This document shows positions 1 to 13,166 of a stretch of DNA of 64,000 bases, one piece after another. The first letter of the stretch is position 1; each line of letters begins with the position of its first letter. The notes under the pieces are model-generated. The model had not been told where the DNA came from. It ran no database searches and worked only from the letters and a program-made list of their open reading frames with translations. The stretch spans positions 17,298,001 through 17,362,000 of the forward strand of contig OX597837.1 of NCBI GenBank assembly GCA_951406725.2, in the 5' to 3' direction. Position numbers and translations under genes: made by a program. The DNA comes from Octopus vulgaris. Lineage: Eukaryota.

Positions 1-422
1 CGTTAACCAGCTGCCCTCGGGCGAACGAAATGTGAAAAAGTTCAGAGTTGCAGAGATTACAGATTCTTTTGCCTCTATCAAACGGTGCAGACACCAATAA
101 AATCGACCATTCCAGTCTAAATGCTGAATTCGCGTTCTTCAAACGCCAGATTAATTTACTCAGTCCGGTCGCGTGTTGTTTTCTAAAATCGCGAAATGTT
201 GTGAAGTTTTGTGCCTTAACATGGGCTCCTAGGGAGCGCTTTGTTCGAATAGCTTGCTGTGCATTTGTTTGGAGATTTAAATTCCTGGTTTTTCCTGAAG
301 AGAAAGCTGCAAAATGGTCTCCTTATTCAATCCGAATTTGGAAATTTGCAGCCTTTGAAACATGTGTAGAAAATAATAAAAAGGAATTTTGTAGAATCTT
401 CGTTCAGCTCCATTTCTTCCCT

Positions 423-484
<62 letters not shown>

Positions 485-640
485 CATACAGTGAGGTCCT
501 TTCATCTTCCATATTCTAGAAAGACCACTTGCTAGAGAGGCCTTAAGCCAACAGGTTTTGGGATCTGATGATATGTCATAAAGTTAAGCCTTTTATGTAC
601 ATGAAACCTAAGGTAATCCCGTAAACCAGCCTTATCTAAC

Positions 641-695
<55 letters not shown>

Positions 696-700
<5 letters not shown>

Positions 701-1343
701 ATATTTCGGAATGGTCATTTTGCCAGTTTAGCCAATAAAAACACACGTACTATATATTTGGTGTTACTTTGCTTCAGTGTTATTTTTCTTCAGTGTTATT
801 TATTTCTTACATTAATCTTAATCTTATTTCGGCCAGAGTTCTTTCATCACACTCCTGTGACCGCATCAGTGGTCCTTTGTTTTCTTCTCACTTACTTGTG
901 TCTCTCCTTACTAACCGTCAGCCATTTTGTATTTCTATTGTATGTCTTCATTTGCACATGCTTATATCTCTATGTGCGTTTATGTTTATTTAGTGTATGT
1001 ATGTGGGGGATGCCTGTAATATTTGTATCTTCTGTTTATATATGTTCATGTAATTTGTAATTTTATATGTTCATGTAATTTGTATTTTGTTTTTTGTTTT
1101 TGTTTTTGTTGTTTTTGTTTATTCTTATTTTGTTCATGTGTTTACATCCACCTATTATTATCATTACATATGCTTGTATGTATGTATGTATGTATGTATG
1201 TATAACAACAATACTAGTAATAATAATAATTTGAATTGAAAAAAAATAAAAGGGGGAAGGCAAAATGACCATTCCGAAATATAACAAAATCTGTTTCGAC
1301 ACACGACTTCACATAAAAAATCTTGCACAACAAATATTTAAAC

Positions 1344-1344
<1 letters not shown>
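696..1344 (-). mobile_element. Non-autonomous fold-back element (family A, copy 1) with hammerhead-like motif, inserted in (TA)n
   Basis: 29-bp inverted arms TTGTTATATTTCGGAATGGTCATTTTGCC at 696-724 and 1259-1287, followed by a ~57-bp extension (1288-1344). HHR-like motif on the minus strand at 831-875. Flanked by (TA)n. Reverse-complement homolog at 1740-2070. Confidence 0.8.
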
Positions 1345-1391
<47 letters not shown>

Positions 1392-1392
1392 C

Positions 1393-1605
1393 TGTACTTG
1401 TTTCAGTCATTTGACTGTGGCCATGCTGGAGCACCGCCTTTTAGAGTGGTGAAAGAGTACAGCAGGGATCACCACCTCCTGCCGGAGCCTCGTGGAGCTT
1501 TTAGGTGTTTTCGCTCAATAAACACACACAACGCCCGGTCTGGGAATCGAAACCGCGATCCTCCGACCGCAAGTCCGCTGCCCTAACCACTAGGCCATTG
1601 CGCCT
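1393..1605 (-). mobile_element. tRNA-derived SINE, internally deleted
   Basis: Minus-strand tRNA-like head (GGCGCAATGGCCTAGTGGTTAGGGC...GGTTTCGATTCCC). Its tail CTTGTTTCAGTCATTTGACTGTGGCCATGCTGGAGCACC is shared with many other copies in the window. Confidence 0.75.
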
Positions 1606-1627
1606 CTATATATAAATATATATATAC

Positions 1628-1739
<112 letters not shown>

Positions 1740-2065
1740 CGTTAAATATTTGTTGTGCAAGATTTTTTATGTGAAGTCGTGTGTTGAAACAGATATTGTT
1801 ATATTTCGGAATGGTCATATTGCCATTTTAGCCAATAAAAACACATGCACTACAAAATGGCTGACGGTTAGTAAGGAGAGACACAAATAAGTAAGAAGAA
1901 AACAAAGGACCACTGATGCGGTCACAGGAGTGTGATGAAAGAACTCTGGCCGAAATAAGATTAAGATTAATGTAAAAAATAAATAACACTGAAGCAAAAT
2001 AACACCAAATATATAGTGCGTGTGTTTTTATTGGCTAAAATGGCAATATGACCATTACGAAATAT

Positions 2066-2070
<5 letters not shown>
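1740..2070 (+). mobile_element. Non-autonomous fold-back element (family A, copy 2) with hammerhead-like motif, inserted in (TA)n
   Basis: Extension 1740-1795, 57-bp inverted arms at 1796-1852 and 2014-2070, HHR-like motif at 1907-1951 on +. Flanked by (TA)n on both sides. Confidence 0.8.
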
Positions 2071-2500
<430 letters not shown>

Positions 2501-5181
2501 GGAGACAGGTTTATTTAGCCAGAGGGGAAGCGGATAAGAAAAAATTTGCCAATGTACTGAGCCATGAGGATGAAAGACTTGAGGTATTTCGTGTTGCAAG
2601 ACAGTGTGTGAGAGAGAACCGTGATGTGGTAGGAGAGAAGTGTGTTCGCATGGATGATGGTTTACTTGCGCTAAATGAGGATGCAAAGAGAGAGGTTTGG
2701 AGATGCCACTATGAAAGGTTGCTGAATAAAGAAAATGAATGGGATAAAGAGAGTCTGCCGAATGTCAACCCAACAGAGGGACCAGCCATCCGAGTTGAAA
2801 ATTCTTTGGTAGTTAAAGCAATTAGAAGCATGAAGACAGGGAAAGCCCCAGGCCCATCAGGAATTACTGCAGAGATGCTCAAAATATCTGGCAGTGTCGG
2901 CTATAACCTAGTCACCCGTATAGTCAACCAGGTTATCACCTGGTTGACTATACGGGTGACACGAAGGAGTCATACCCAATGACTGGTGTAGCAGCATACT
3001 AGTCAACTGCTACAAAGGTAAAGGTGATGCTCTAGATACAAATAATTACAGAGGTATCAAGCTGTTGGATCAGGTAATGAAGGTTACGGAGAGGGTCATA
3101 GCCCAACTAATTAGAGAGAGAGTTAGTTTAGATGAGATGCAGTTTGGGTTCGTACCAGGGAAAAGTACCACTAATGCTATATTCCTGGTAAGGCAGCTGC
3201 AGGAGAAATACCTAGCCAAAGATAAGCCCCTGTACCTGGCTTTCATTGACATGGAGAAAGCCTTTGATAGGGTCCCCCGATCCCTTATCTGGTGGTCAAT
3301 GAGGAAACTAGGGATAGATGAATGGCTGGTGAGGGCTGTGCAAGCCATGTACAGAGATACCGTAAGTAAGGTTAGGGTTGGCAACATGTACACAGAAGAA
3401 TTCAAAGTAGAGGTTGGGGTCCACCAGGGTTCAGTACTCAGCGCCCTCCTATTTATCATAGTCCTCCAGGCAATTACGGAGGAATTCAAGACAGGTTGCC
3501 CCTGGGAGCTCCTCTACACTGACGACCTTGCTCTAATTGCTGAGTCACTATCAGAACTGGAGGAGAAGTTCCAGGTGTGGAAGGAGGGTTTAGAATCGAG
3601 GGGCCTTAGAGTCAACCTAGCTAAAACCAAAGTACTAATAAGTAGGAAGGTAGACAATCCACAAATGTCTTCAGGAAGATTGCCCTGCTCGATCTGTAGA
3701 AAAGGTGTAGGTAGAAACTCTATAAGATGTACCCAGTGTAAGCTATGGACACATAAGAAGTGCAGCAATGTCAAAGGTAGGCTAACTGGGAAGATAGTTT
3801 TTGTATGTGGCAGATGCTCGGGAGCATTAACCTCCGAAAATCTGCAGAAAACAACTTCCGTCACTTTCCAGGGGGAAAAACTAGAAGTAGTTGATAGCTT
3901 CCGTTATCTAGGTGACCAAGTCAGTAGTGGGGGTGGGTGCACTGAAAGTGTAACTGCTAGAATAAGAATAGCCTGGGCAAAGTTTAGGGAGCTCTTACCT
4001 CTGCTGGTGACTAAAGGCCTCTCGCTCAGAGTAAAAGGCAGACTGTATGATGCATGTGTACGAACAGCCATGCTACATGGCAGTGAAACATGGGCCGTGA
4101 CTGCTGAGGACATGCGTAAGCTCGTGAGGAATGAAGCCAGTATGCTCCGATGGATGTGTAATGTCAGTGTACATACTCGACAGAGCATTAGTACCTTGAG
4201 AGAAATGTTGTACCTAAGAAGCATCAGTTGTGGTGTGCAAGAGAGACGATTGCGCTTGTATGGTCATGTGGCAAGAATGGATGAAGATAGGTGTGTGAGA
4301 AAGTGCCAATCCCTAGCAGTTGAGGAAGCCCGTGGAAGAGGTAGACCCAGGAAAACCTGGGACGAGGTGGTGAAGCACGACCTTCGAACTTTAGGTCTCA
4401 CTGAGGAAATGACCAGCGACCGAGACCTCTGGAAATATGCTGTACGTGAGAAGACCAGGCAGGACAAGTGAGCCCAGCCCACTTATGAATGCCTTTCCTC
4501 CCTTGGACACAAAGACCTGTTGAAGTAAGCGAAGTCGATATAGAACCTCATCTGACGACAGGCACCCATGCCAACCCCCTTTGCTTGCGAAGACATGTTG
4601 GGGCAAGCGAAAGCGAAAGCGAAATCGAAATCGAATTGAACCAGCCAGGATCCCTGGTCTGGTGGTACGTAAAAAGCACTATCCGACTCGTGGCCGATGC
4701 CAGTGCCGCCTCCACTGGCTTCCGTGCCGGTGGCACGTAAAATACACCAATCCGACCGTATGACAGGCACCAATGCCAACCCCCCTTTGCTTGCGAAGAC
4801 ATGTTGGGGCAAGCGAAAGCGAAATCGAATTGAACCAGCCAGGATCCCTGGTCTGGTGGTACGTAAAAAGCACTATCCGACTCGTGGCCGATGCCAGCGC
4901 CACCTCGACTGGCTTCCGTGCCGGTGGCACATAAAATACACCAATCCGACCGTTGCCATTGCCAGCCTTGCCTGGCACCTGTGCAGGTGGCACGTAAAAA
5001 GCACCCACTACACTCACGGAGTGGTTGGCGTTAGGAAGGGCATCCAGCTGTAGAAACATTGCCAGATAAGACTGGAGCCTGGTGCAGCCTTCTGGCTTCC
5101 CAGATCCCTGGTCGAACCGTCCAACCCATGCTAGCATGGAGAACAGACGTTAAACGATGATGATGATGATGATGATGATGA
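2501..5181 (+). mobile_element. 5'-truncated RTE-clade LINE (RT, PHD-like finger, 3' UTR, (GAT)n tail)
   Basis: ORFs 2608-2982 and 3065-4471 contain [51 protein letters not shown] and GRGRPRKTW. Ends in (GAT)n at 5156-5181. Confidence 0.93.
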
Positions 5182-6224
5182 TATATATATATGTTTTGCA
5201 TGGTTTCTACGGTTTGATGCTCTTCCTAATATTAACTACTTTACAGAGTGTACTTTACAGAGTTTTTACATGGCACCAGCACTTGCAGGGTCACCAAGTG
5301 AATTGCAAAACAAAGACACCTTATATTGGAGGGGGAGTATTATTGAGAGAAGTGCCTTAGTATCAGCTGATGAAAGATTAAAAAGAATAATAGAGGAATG
5401 AAGATAAGAGTCCTACTGTGGAAGAGACACAAGTATAGCTCAGCTGGAAAATAAAGGAGAGAAAGACAGACTTAGAGAAAAAGAGAATTTGTGGTAAATA
5501 GCCGTGAAATGATAGAGGATTGAGCTGAGTGGGAGGGCAGGGGGATAGAGAGGACAGTTTCATAAGAATGTGAGGAGAAATGGTTCCAGATGGGATAGAG
5601 GTGACTGTAGTAAGTGATGGTAAGATATACAGGAGTAGCATGGGGTGGGGTGGGTTATGGGGAGATGTGTGAGGGCATTGGGAGTGGTAGCAAATAAGAG
5701 AGGTGTTAAAGATGGAGTAAAGCAGTGGGGAGAGAGAGAAAGAGAGAGAGTAGTGGCTGAAGGCAGAGGAAGGAAGTGACTGGTGGAAACAATGGACAGG
5801 GAAGATGATGATAAATGGAGGTGTTTCTAGAAAGACAAAAGTATTTTCAACTATAACTCAAAACTGACCAAGGCCTTGTGAATGAATTTGGTTGCCTCTA
5901 AGAAGAGAAATTTTGAATATATTCTTCTCTCCTTCAATAGTACATATAGACAATTACTGTGTGTAAAAAAAAATAATAAACAAACAATCTTCTAACTCAA
6001 AATGGTTCTGCATTTTAAACCTCGCTATTGCTAAAAGATTGCTTCCCTAAGAATAGCCTTTGTTATTCTCATACCTATTGACTCTCTATAAACCTGAACT
6101 AGGACTTATAATGAAATATAGTTCCTCTTTGCTAGTCAGGCAAGATTGGAGAGGTAGAGTTATTGGTACAACTAGTGGGAAAGCTTGAACTGCTAGATCA
6201 GAAACCAAACATCTTAATACTATT

Positions 6225-6228
<4 letters not shown>

Positions 6229-6302
<74 letters not shown>
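6229..6302. repeat. (TC)n microsatellite
   Basis: Pure TC run; it explains the ERERER and SLSLSL ORF tails. Confidence 0.95.
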
Positions 6303-6309
<7 letters not shown>

Positions 6310-6413
6310 CTCTATCACACCCACACACACACACAAAATACACACTGAGGCAGGCAAGAACAAATAGTCCAAAATGATTATAATAGTGTTAGAAAAGAAA
6401 TGTAGAAACTTAC

Positions 6414-6649
6414 CACCAGATGTGAGGAGACCCATTGCTAATGATACAATAGTTGCTGCTTCAGCATTTGTACTGGAGAAACTTGCTTTGAGTTCAGGGT
6501 ACATGACACCCAAAGATATTGGTACCCCACTGCAAACAAACACATTGTAGAACAGTGACAAATAAACAATGGAAGCAGCACAGGTCTTACTAGAACAGCA
6601 AAATTTCCCAATGCTCTTTGCTTGGACTGTTTCTGAAACCTCAGCAGAT
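6414..6649 (-). CDS. Internal coding exon of a monocarboxylate-transporter-like (SLC16/MCT, MFS) gene, TM1-TM2 region
   Basis: Translates as SAEVSETVQAKSIGKFCCSSKTCAASIVYLSLFYNVFVCSGVPISLGVMYPELKASFSSTNAEAATIVSLAMGLLTSG, which matches the MCT N-terminal pattern (G...S.GV.YPEL...F..S.....I.SL). Minus-strand acceptor TCTCTTATTTTCTTTTCAAAAATAG| before 6649 and donor G|GTAAGT at 6414/6413. Confidence 0.8.
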
Positions 6650-7462
6650 CTATTTTTGAAAAGAAAATAAGAGATAGACAAATATAAGAAGGTTAGGAGT
6701 CTCAGAATTGGTAAATGAGTGAGAAAATTTCACAAATAATTAGCATATTTCTTCCCCACACCTCCAGCAATAGATTCTGGGGCTCACAAGACCACTGAAC
6801 TAATAACAGTCTCTGGAAGAACTATAATAGCCTGGTTCACATTATAACTAACTGGTTAGAGATTATCTTCTGGAGACACAATAAGTTATAATATATAAGA
6901 AACAAAATATTTTTAATGCTGTTGGTAGGAACACTGTATTTCATTTGACAACCATAATATACTATCAAGTTCATTAAGGGTTTATAAGTTAACACTGTGT
7001 CCTGCTTTTGTGTTAGCATTGTGTTGTTTTCAATTTTAAGTTTATCTCTACAGATATTCAATAGAATTTGGAGCCAGAAATGAAAGTTATGATGTTCTGT
7101 ATACAAATACATTTATACACATTGCAATTGAAGATATCAAAATAGGTAAAGGGTGCATATTTCAGGAGTTCTTGCTTCTTCTTCAACAACACAGTTGGGT
7201 TATCCAATACTGCTAAACTTAGCAAGTATTTAAGAGATGTATTCATGGATGGTTTAGTAGGGTGGATGTGGTGCTGAAGAAGGAGCAATAACTCCTGAAA
7301 TATGCATATACACCCATTACCTATTTATATATCTTCAATCATTATTTACATAGATGTATTTGTATACATGTATGTATGTATGTATGCATGTATGTATGCA
7401 TGTATGTATGTATGTATGGATGGATGGATGGATGGAGGGAGGGATGTACATATGTATGTATG

Positions 7463-10400
7463 TCATTATTCAGTTTTATTTCAAAATTTCTTGTCAATAA
7501 AGAGCTGGTTTCTAACCTAGATCCAAGGGTCCTTCATTGGAATTTCAACAACATCAACAGAGTATTTTTGTATGTATATATGCAGATTTGTATGTGTTGA
7601 TTTATGTATGTATTTTCGTGCATATAGTTGTATGTTTAGATGTCTTCATATATACTTAAATGATAAACTTCTGGAAAGGTTTAGAGAGTTTTACAGTTCC
7701 AGTGATGGCTTGGATCTGTAGTCATCAAATCAGCTTTCTCCTCTCTGGTTTTGAGAAACCTAATTTCTCAAGATTGGTATTTAGGCAGTGTGTTACATAT
7801 CCTAGGGCCCCAATAGTTACAGGTATAAACCTAAACTTGTAATCTGGATAAAGTAACTGCAGATTTCTCAATAGTTTAGCGTAAGTGTTCTCTTTTTCAC
7901 TGATTTTCAACTTTATATTAACATCCGCTGGGCAGCTAATTTTCACAACTGTGCGCAGTTTCTCGTCTGTAGCCCAGATCATTATATCTGGTCTGTTGCG
8001 CTTACATTTTATTGAGGCCTTTACTGGTACATTCCACCAGTATTCCTTTTTATTATGAGTGGCTATGGCTTCTACCATATTGTGGCTTCTTATTTCTTTG
8101 TCCTGGGATTATCCTTCTGACAGATTTCATTGTGCTGTGTCCTAGCTACAACATCATGTTTCATCGGTAGATAATATCGTGATGACATTTTTGGACAACT
8201 GCTTATAATGTGGGAGATATATTCAGTGTGAACTTCATAAAGTCTGCATTGGTTGTCACATTTTACAGCTTTTCCTGCATCTCTATCCCTTTTGTGCATC
8301 AGGTTGATATTTCCTGTTTCTGGATTGAAAATGCATATCTTTCAAAGTGGGAGGTAGTAATCCGGCTATTAGTCCAAGATAAACTGTTTTGATGCTCAAT
8401 GTTACTATCATCACGTAGCTTTCTACTAACATATTCATGAATAGCCTCCTGCTCATATGGGCTCAACCTTGATATGTTGCAGTAGAGTTGTACAATTTCT
8501 TTGGGCATGTATTCTAGGTTATCAGACAAAGAGTGTTGCTCAAGGAGCTGCCTTCTAAGTCTTATGATGTTATCAGCTTCATGTATGCAAACTTAGTCAA
8601 AGGATGCACTTTGACACTTGGTGGTTCAAAGACACTGCCAAAGAGATATTATACGACATTCAAAGCCTCTACTTTCTCATTTTCATTTTAGGTAGGGGCA
8701 GTCTACATCACTGTTTGTGTGGGAATTGTGTGTGCTTGTTAGTATTTTTTGGGTTTTCACATCAATGGTTCAGATCTCATCAAGCATCCAATCAAGCAGC
8801 CCAAATGTTGGTATGCGTACTGGCACTGCAAACACATTGTGGGCCACAGTTTTATTGAATGCAGAGTTCTGAGGTCCAAATTTTCTTTATTTGGTTGTAA
8901 TATTCTTTAGTGACACATGTTTTGTTACAGGTGCCATTGTAAGATATGTTTTCATTCACCCCTAGATACCTGTAACATTCCTCGTCAGATACAGGGGAGA
9001 CAGTCAAATCATTGATAGACATGTTACTAGTCTGGTTTATAGTTTTCCCTCTTTTCACAACCATATAACAACATTTATCCTGACCAAACTCCAATCCTAC
9101 ATCCTTTGAGAATGTTGTAACTAGGTCAAGGCTCTTTTTCATCTCATGCATATTCATTGCATAAAGTTTTAAGTTATCCACAAAGAAACTGTGTGATTTT
9201 GGTATTTCTGTTTCCTTGTGAACCAGTGAGATATCCTTCAGATTTCCTTTACATGAATGACAAGGGGTTTACAGAAAGTATAAACAACATCACAGAGAGG
9301 CTGTCTCCTTGGAATATACCTTTATGATATTGTATTCTATCAGTGATAATACAGTCACTCTTTGTGTTTAATTTCAAGATGGTGGCCCATGATGAAGTCA
9401 GGTCAGCTATGGCTTTCACTATTCTCATTGGAACTTTAGGGCTTCTAGCATCCATGAGTAGGGAACAAAGTCAAAGACTTTCTTGTAGCCTAGCCACATT
9501 AAAACTAGGTTTGTACTATGCTCTCACACCTCTGACATCACAGTTTTGTTGATTAGCAATTGCTCGGTACATCTCTAGGCTCCCGTCTTCCCAGCTGCTT
9601 GTTCTGCTGTGATGATGTTATTAGTTTCACAATGGTCCCTGAGGAAGAGGTTTAAACATGCTTTATATATCTTATACATTAAATTCTGTCATGCAATTGG
9701 TCAGTAGATTTTTGCTATGTAGCTGGTTCTGCATTTGGAGATCAATTTTGTCTCTGCCAAAGCTAACCAGTGTTGTATGCTACTGTTCCCAATGAAAGCT
9801 TGCTGTACAGATTGATAAAATATGGTCGGTAGAATGTTAGCATCTTGTACCAATATCCAACAATTAAGTCTCTTCCAGGTGCTTTTCCATCCTGGAGTTT
9901 CTGGATCACTCTGTTGCAATAGTTTCACCATCAATGTTGTATGTCTTGGAGGTAATGCAGGGGCAATAACCTTTTCAGATTTCTTCCAGCCACAGAGCAT
10001 CTTGGTTAAATTCTTTCTCTTCACTCCAGATTTTCCTCCAGAAGGAATCTATGACTTCTCGTGAAGAAGCTTCCGTGATGTTTACTGCTCCTCCTCTCAT
10101 GTCTCTGTATACTGCTGCCTGGTTGCGGTTAAACTTTTGGTTTATTGTTCTTTTCTCGGTTATTCTCTTCTGATGTCGGAGTTTTTCACTGACAGCTTTT
10201 AACTCATACTTTAGGGTAATCAGTTTGCCAGTGTGTCCTCTTTTTGCTGTCTCCAAACATTATTTCTGCCTCCTTCTTTACTTTCTGTTGGTTGGACGTA
10301 TAGTGATTTGCTTGTTTGCATGCAATAAGCATCATTACATGACTAATGGTCTTCCGTAAACCAGTTATCTTTTTCTCTGTCTTCAAAACCCATGATGGTT

Positions 10401-10620
10401 CTTTCTTTGTTATTTCGGTTTTGTTTACTTTCTGAATATCATGCACACACTGTTTTACAGTAGTAGCCAGAGCGTATAGACAAGCGTTAATTGCCAGTAT
10501 GTAGGTTCATCACACCGTTGTAAATACTCATCATCAATTTCGTTAATAGCTTTAATACTGTATCTGGTGTTTTTTTTTACTTACTTTGGTAGAGAATACT
10601 CTCTCCTCAAGGGACTACTT
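7463..10620 (-). mobile_element. Decayed R4/Dong-like non-LTR retrotransposon (RT plus restriction-like endonuclease)
   Basis: Fragments GIFQGDSLSVMLFILSVNPLS, MDNLKLYA, YRYLG, the CCHC region CRL...HIISSC...HDVVAR, and RLE motifs NRPDI...ISCP...EKENTY...VTIGALG. The 3' end abuts (CATA)n. Confidence 0.88.
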
Positions 10621-11457
10621 GAAAGCCAAAGTTATTTTTTCTTGGAAAATTAAAATTGATCAAAGTCTTATGGATCTCCTTTTCATTTTGAAAAACTATG
10701 CTAGCCAAGATCCAATATGATGTACAAATAAAGTGACAGCCAAGATTATAATTATTGCCTCAATCAGTCAATCAGTCCGTTTGTCTGTCTACATACACAC
10801 ACACACATTCTTTTACTCTTTTATTTTTTTGCTTGTTTCAGTCATTTGACTGCGCCCATGCTAGAGCACTGCCTTGAATGCCTTGAATATAAATAATTAC
10901 AATTTTTAATATACTCACATGGAAAACATTAGCTTGAAAAGTAGAGGCAAACAATGTCATACATACTCACACACACACACACACACATTTCTCACAGTAT
11001 AAAGACAGATGTGACACTGAGCAGAAGGAATTATCTGCTTTTTTGATATGATATTAAATTCAATGTATTTTAGAGCTGCAGCTGACATGTCATCAAACTT
11101 TGTCCTGTGTCGGTACATATATTAAGGCTGAAAGTTATACCCATGAAAATATAACCAATTTATTGAGTTTATTCAGGGAGTTTCGAGTTTGAATTAGCTG
11201 TGATATAATGAATCAGAAAAAAATTACTTCTTAATACATAGATAATTAATATTTATAGTATTTGTTTGAGTCCATGGTGTATTATATAACTATTTCCTTC
11301 TTAGAATGAAACCTGTTAATAGAAGGAATTGTTCTTTGCAGGTTTATGCCTCGGGGACCGTTCGGCAGGATGCCAGAGACGTCAGCCTGCGACGCCGTCA
11401 GTATTTGAATAATTATAATTTCTAAATTCACAGATAATGGGCATATATAGTATTCTT

Positions 11458-11698
11458 TTATTCTTTTACTAGTTTCAGTTACAAGACTGTGGCCATGCTA
11501 GAGCACTGCCTTGAAGGGTTTTAGTTGAACAAATCGACTGCATGACTTATTTTTTATAGCCTAGTACTTATTCTATTGGTCTCTTGTGTTGAATCACTAA
11601 GTTATGGGGATGTAAACATATGAACACTGGTTGTAAAGCAGTGGGGGTGGGGGACAAACACAGACACAAAAACATGCGCATAGATATATATACATACT

Positions 11699-11739
<41 letters not shown>

Positions 11740-11890
11740 TGGGTTTCTTTCAGTTTCTGTCAACCAAATCCACTCACAAGGCTTCAGTCAGCATGAGGCT
11801 ATAGTAAAAGACACTTGCCCAAGGTGCCATGCAGTGGAACTGAATCTGGAATCATGTGGTTGGGAAGCAAGCTTCTTAACACACAGCCAA
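11458..11890 (-). mobile_element. tRNA-derived CORE-type SINE (cephalopod OR-like)
   Basis: Same family as 16148-16330, 18322-18773, 19195-19331 and 23192-23700: tRNA-like head, CCTTGGGCAAGTGTCTT core, internal microsatellite, AAATGACTGAAACAAGTAAAAGA tail. Confidence 0.8.
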
Positions 11891-12267
11891 CCTTTTTATT
11901 ACTGTTATATGTAAATGAAAAATATGATTATCAAGTTAAGAAAAAATGTAATTTTGAGTCACAAGAAATTTTACAGAAAAGGTTGAGAGTATTTGAAATA
12001 ACTAAATCACAAAAGAGGAAAATGTGATACACAGCAGTTATATATATATATATATACACACACATCTGTCAGATTGTATTGTAAATATATTATCCAGTCA
12101 GATTAGGTTATACATATGTTGTGTTCCAAACAATAAATAATGTTCTTTTAAACTTATTTCATTTGACAAGGACAAGATTTGGGCATGACCTAGTCTATCT
12201 TTAAAAGAAAGACAAACTGCAGTTGTATTGTTGTACCAGTGGCAGACATAAACTTATAAGTTCCTTT

Positions 12268-13166
12268 ATAAGGAACTTCAAAAAGTTCCCAGACCAGTTT
12301 TGTAGCATGCCAACAGATAGCAGTACATGTGTGTATGCTCAGTGAGAGCCAGCAGTGACCTTCATGAATCAGTGTGCCAAGTGACATCACTGTGTTTACT
12401 TTGCAAGTTGTGAAATTTGTGTTCTTGTGATCAGCTGTATGCTGTAGTCTGCAATTTTGTCACGGACAAAAAGTTGGAACAAAGAGCTAATGTGAAATTT
12501 TGCTTTAAACTAGGGAAGTCTGCTACAGAGACATTGAGCATGCTTCAGCAAGCTTATGGTGATGAGGCAATGGGTCGTACATAATGTTTCAAGTGACACA
12601 GGTATTTCAAAAATATCCCTGGAAGATGATAAGTGATATGGAAGACCTGCCATGACCATCACCTTTGGAAATGTGGAGAAAATTCATCAGCTTGTGCATG
12701 AGGATCGTTGGAGGAGAATCAATGATGTTTTGAAGCATTTGAGGGAGGACATTCAGCAAAAGCAACCCCAGATGTGTGGAACACAAAGAATTGGGTTCTT
12801 CACAACAATGTGCCCTGTCACCGAGCTCTCCACACTTGTGAGTTTATTGCCAAAAACAACATGGTATCATTTCTGTACCTGCCCTATTCACCAGATTTAG
12901 CACCTGTGGACTTCCATCTCTTCCCCAAAAGGAAAATGCAGCTCAAAGGTCACTGTTTTAATACCATTGTCGAGATCAAGAGTGAATTACAGAAGGTCCT
13001 GGACTCATTTACAGAAAAACAACTTCCAGGTTGGATTCCAAAAGTGGCAGGACTGCTAGGATCAGTGTATTGCTGTGCAAGTGACTATTTCAAAGGAGAT
13101 GTTAAAATTTGGGTAAATAAATTTTTTTTTTAAACATAACTAGTTTGGGAATTTTTTGATACCACG
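12268..13166 (+). mobile_element. Decayed Mariner-type DNA transposon
   Basis: EQRANVKFCFKLGKSATET HTH start, LHNNVPCH and YSPDLAPVDFHLFPK motifs, imperfect inverted ends. Confidence 0.82.

Noticed and set aside
48-494. 148-aa ORF at the window start
   Set aside because: No recognisable domain, a non-ATG start, and it ends in a microsatellite; probably a fragment of an unclassified repeat.
4556-5005. Spaced direct repeats resembling a CRISPR array
   Set aside because: The spacers are also repeated and the unit is part of the RTE 3' UTR; the context is eukaryotic with no cas genes.
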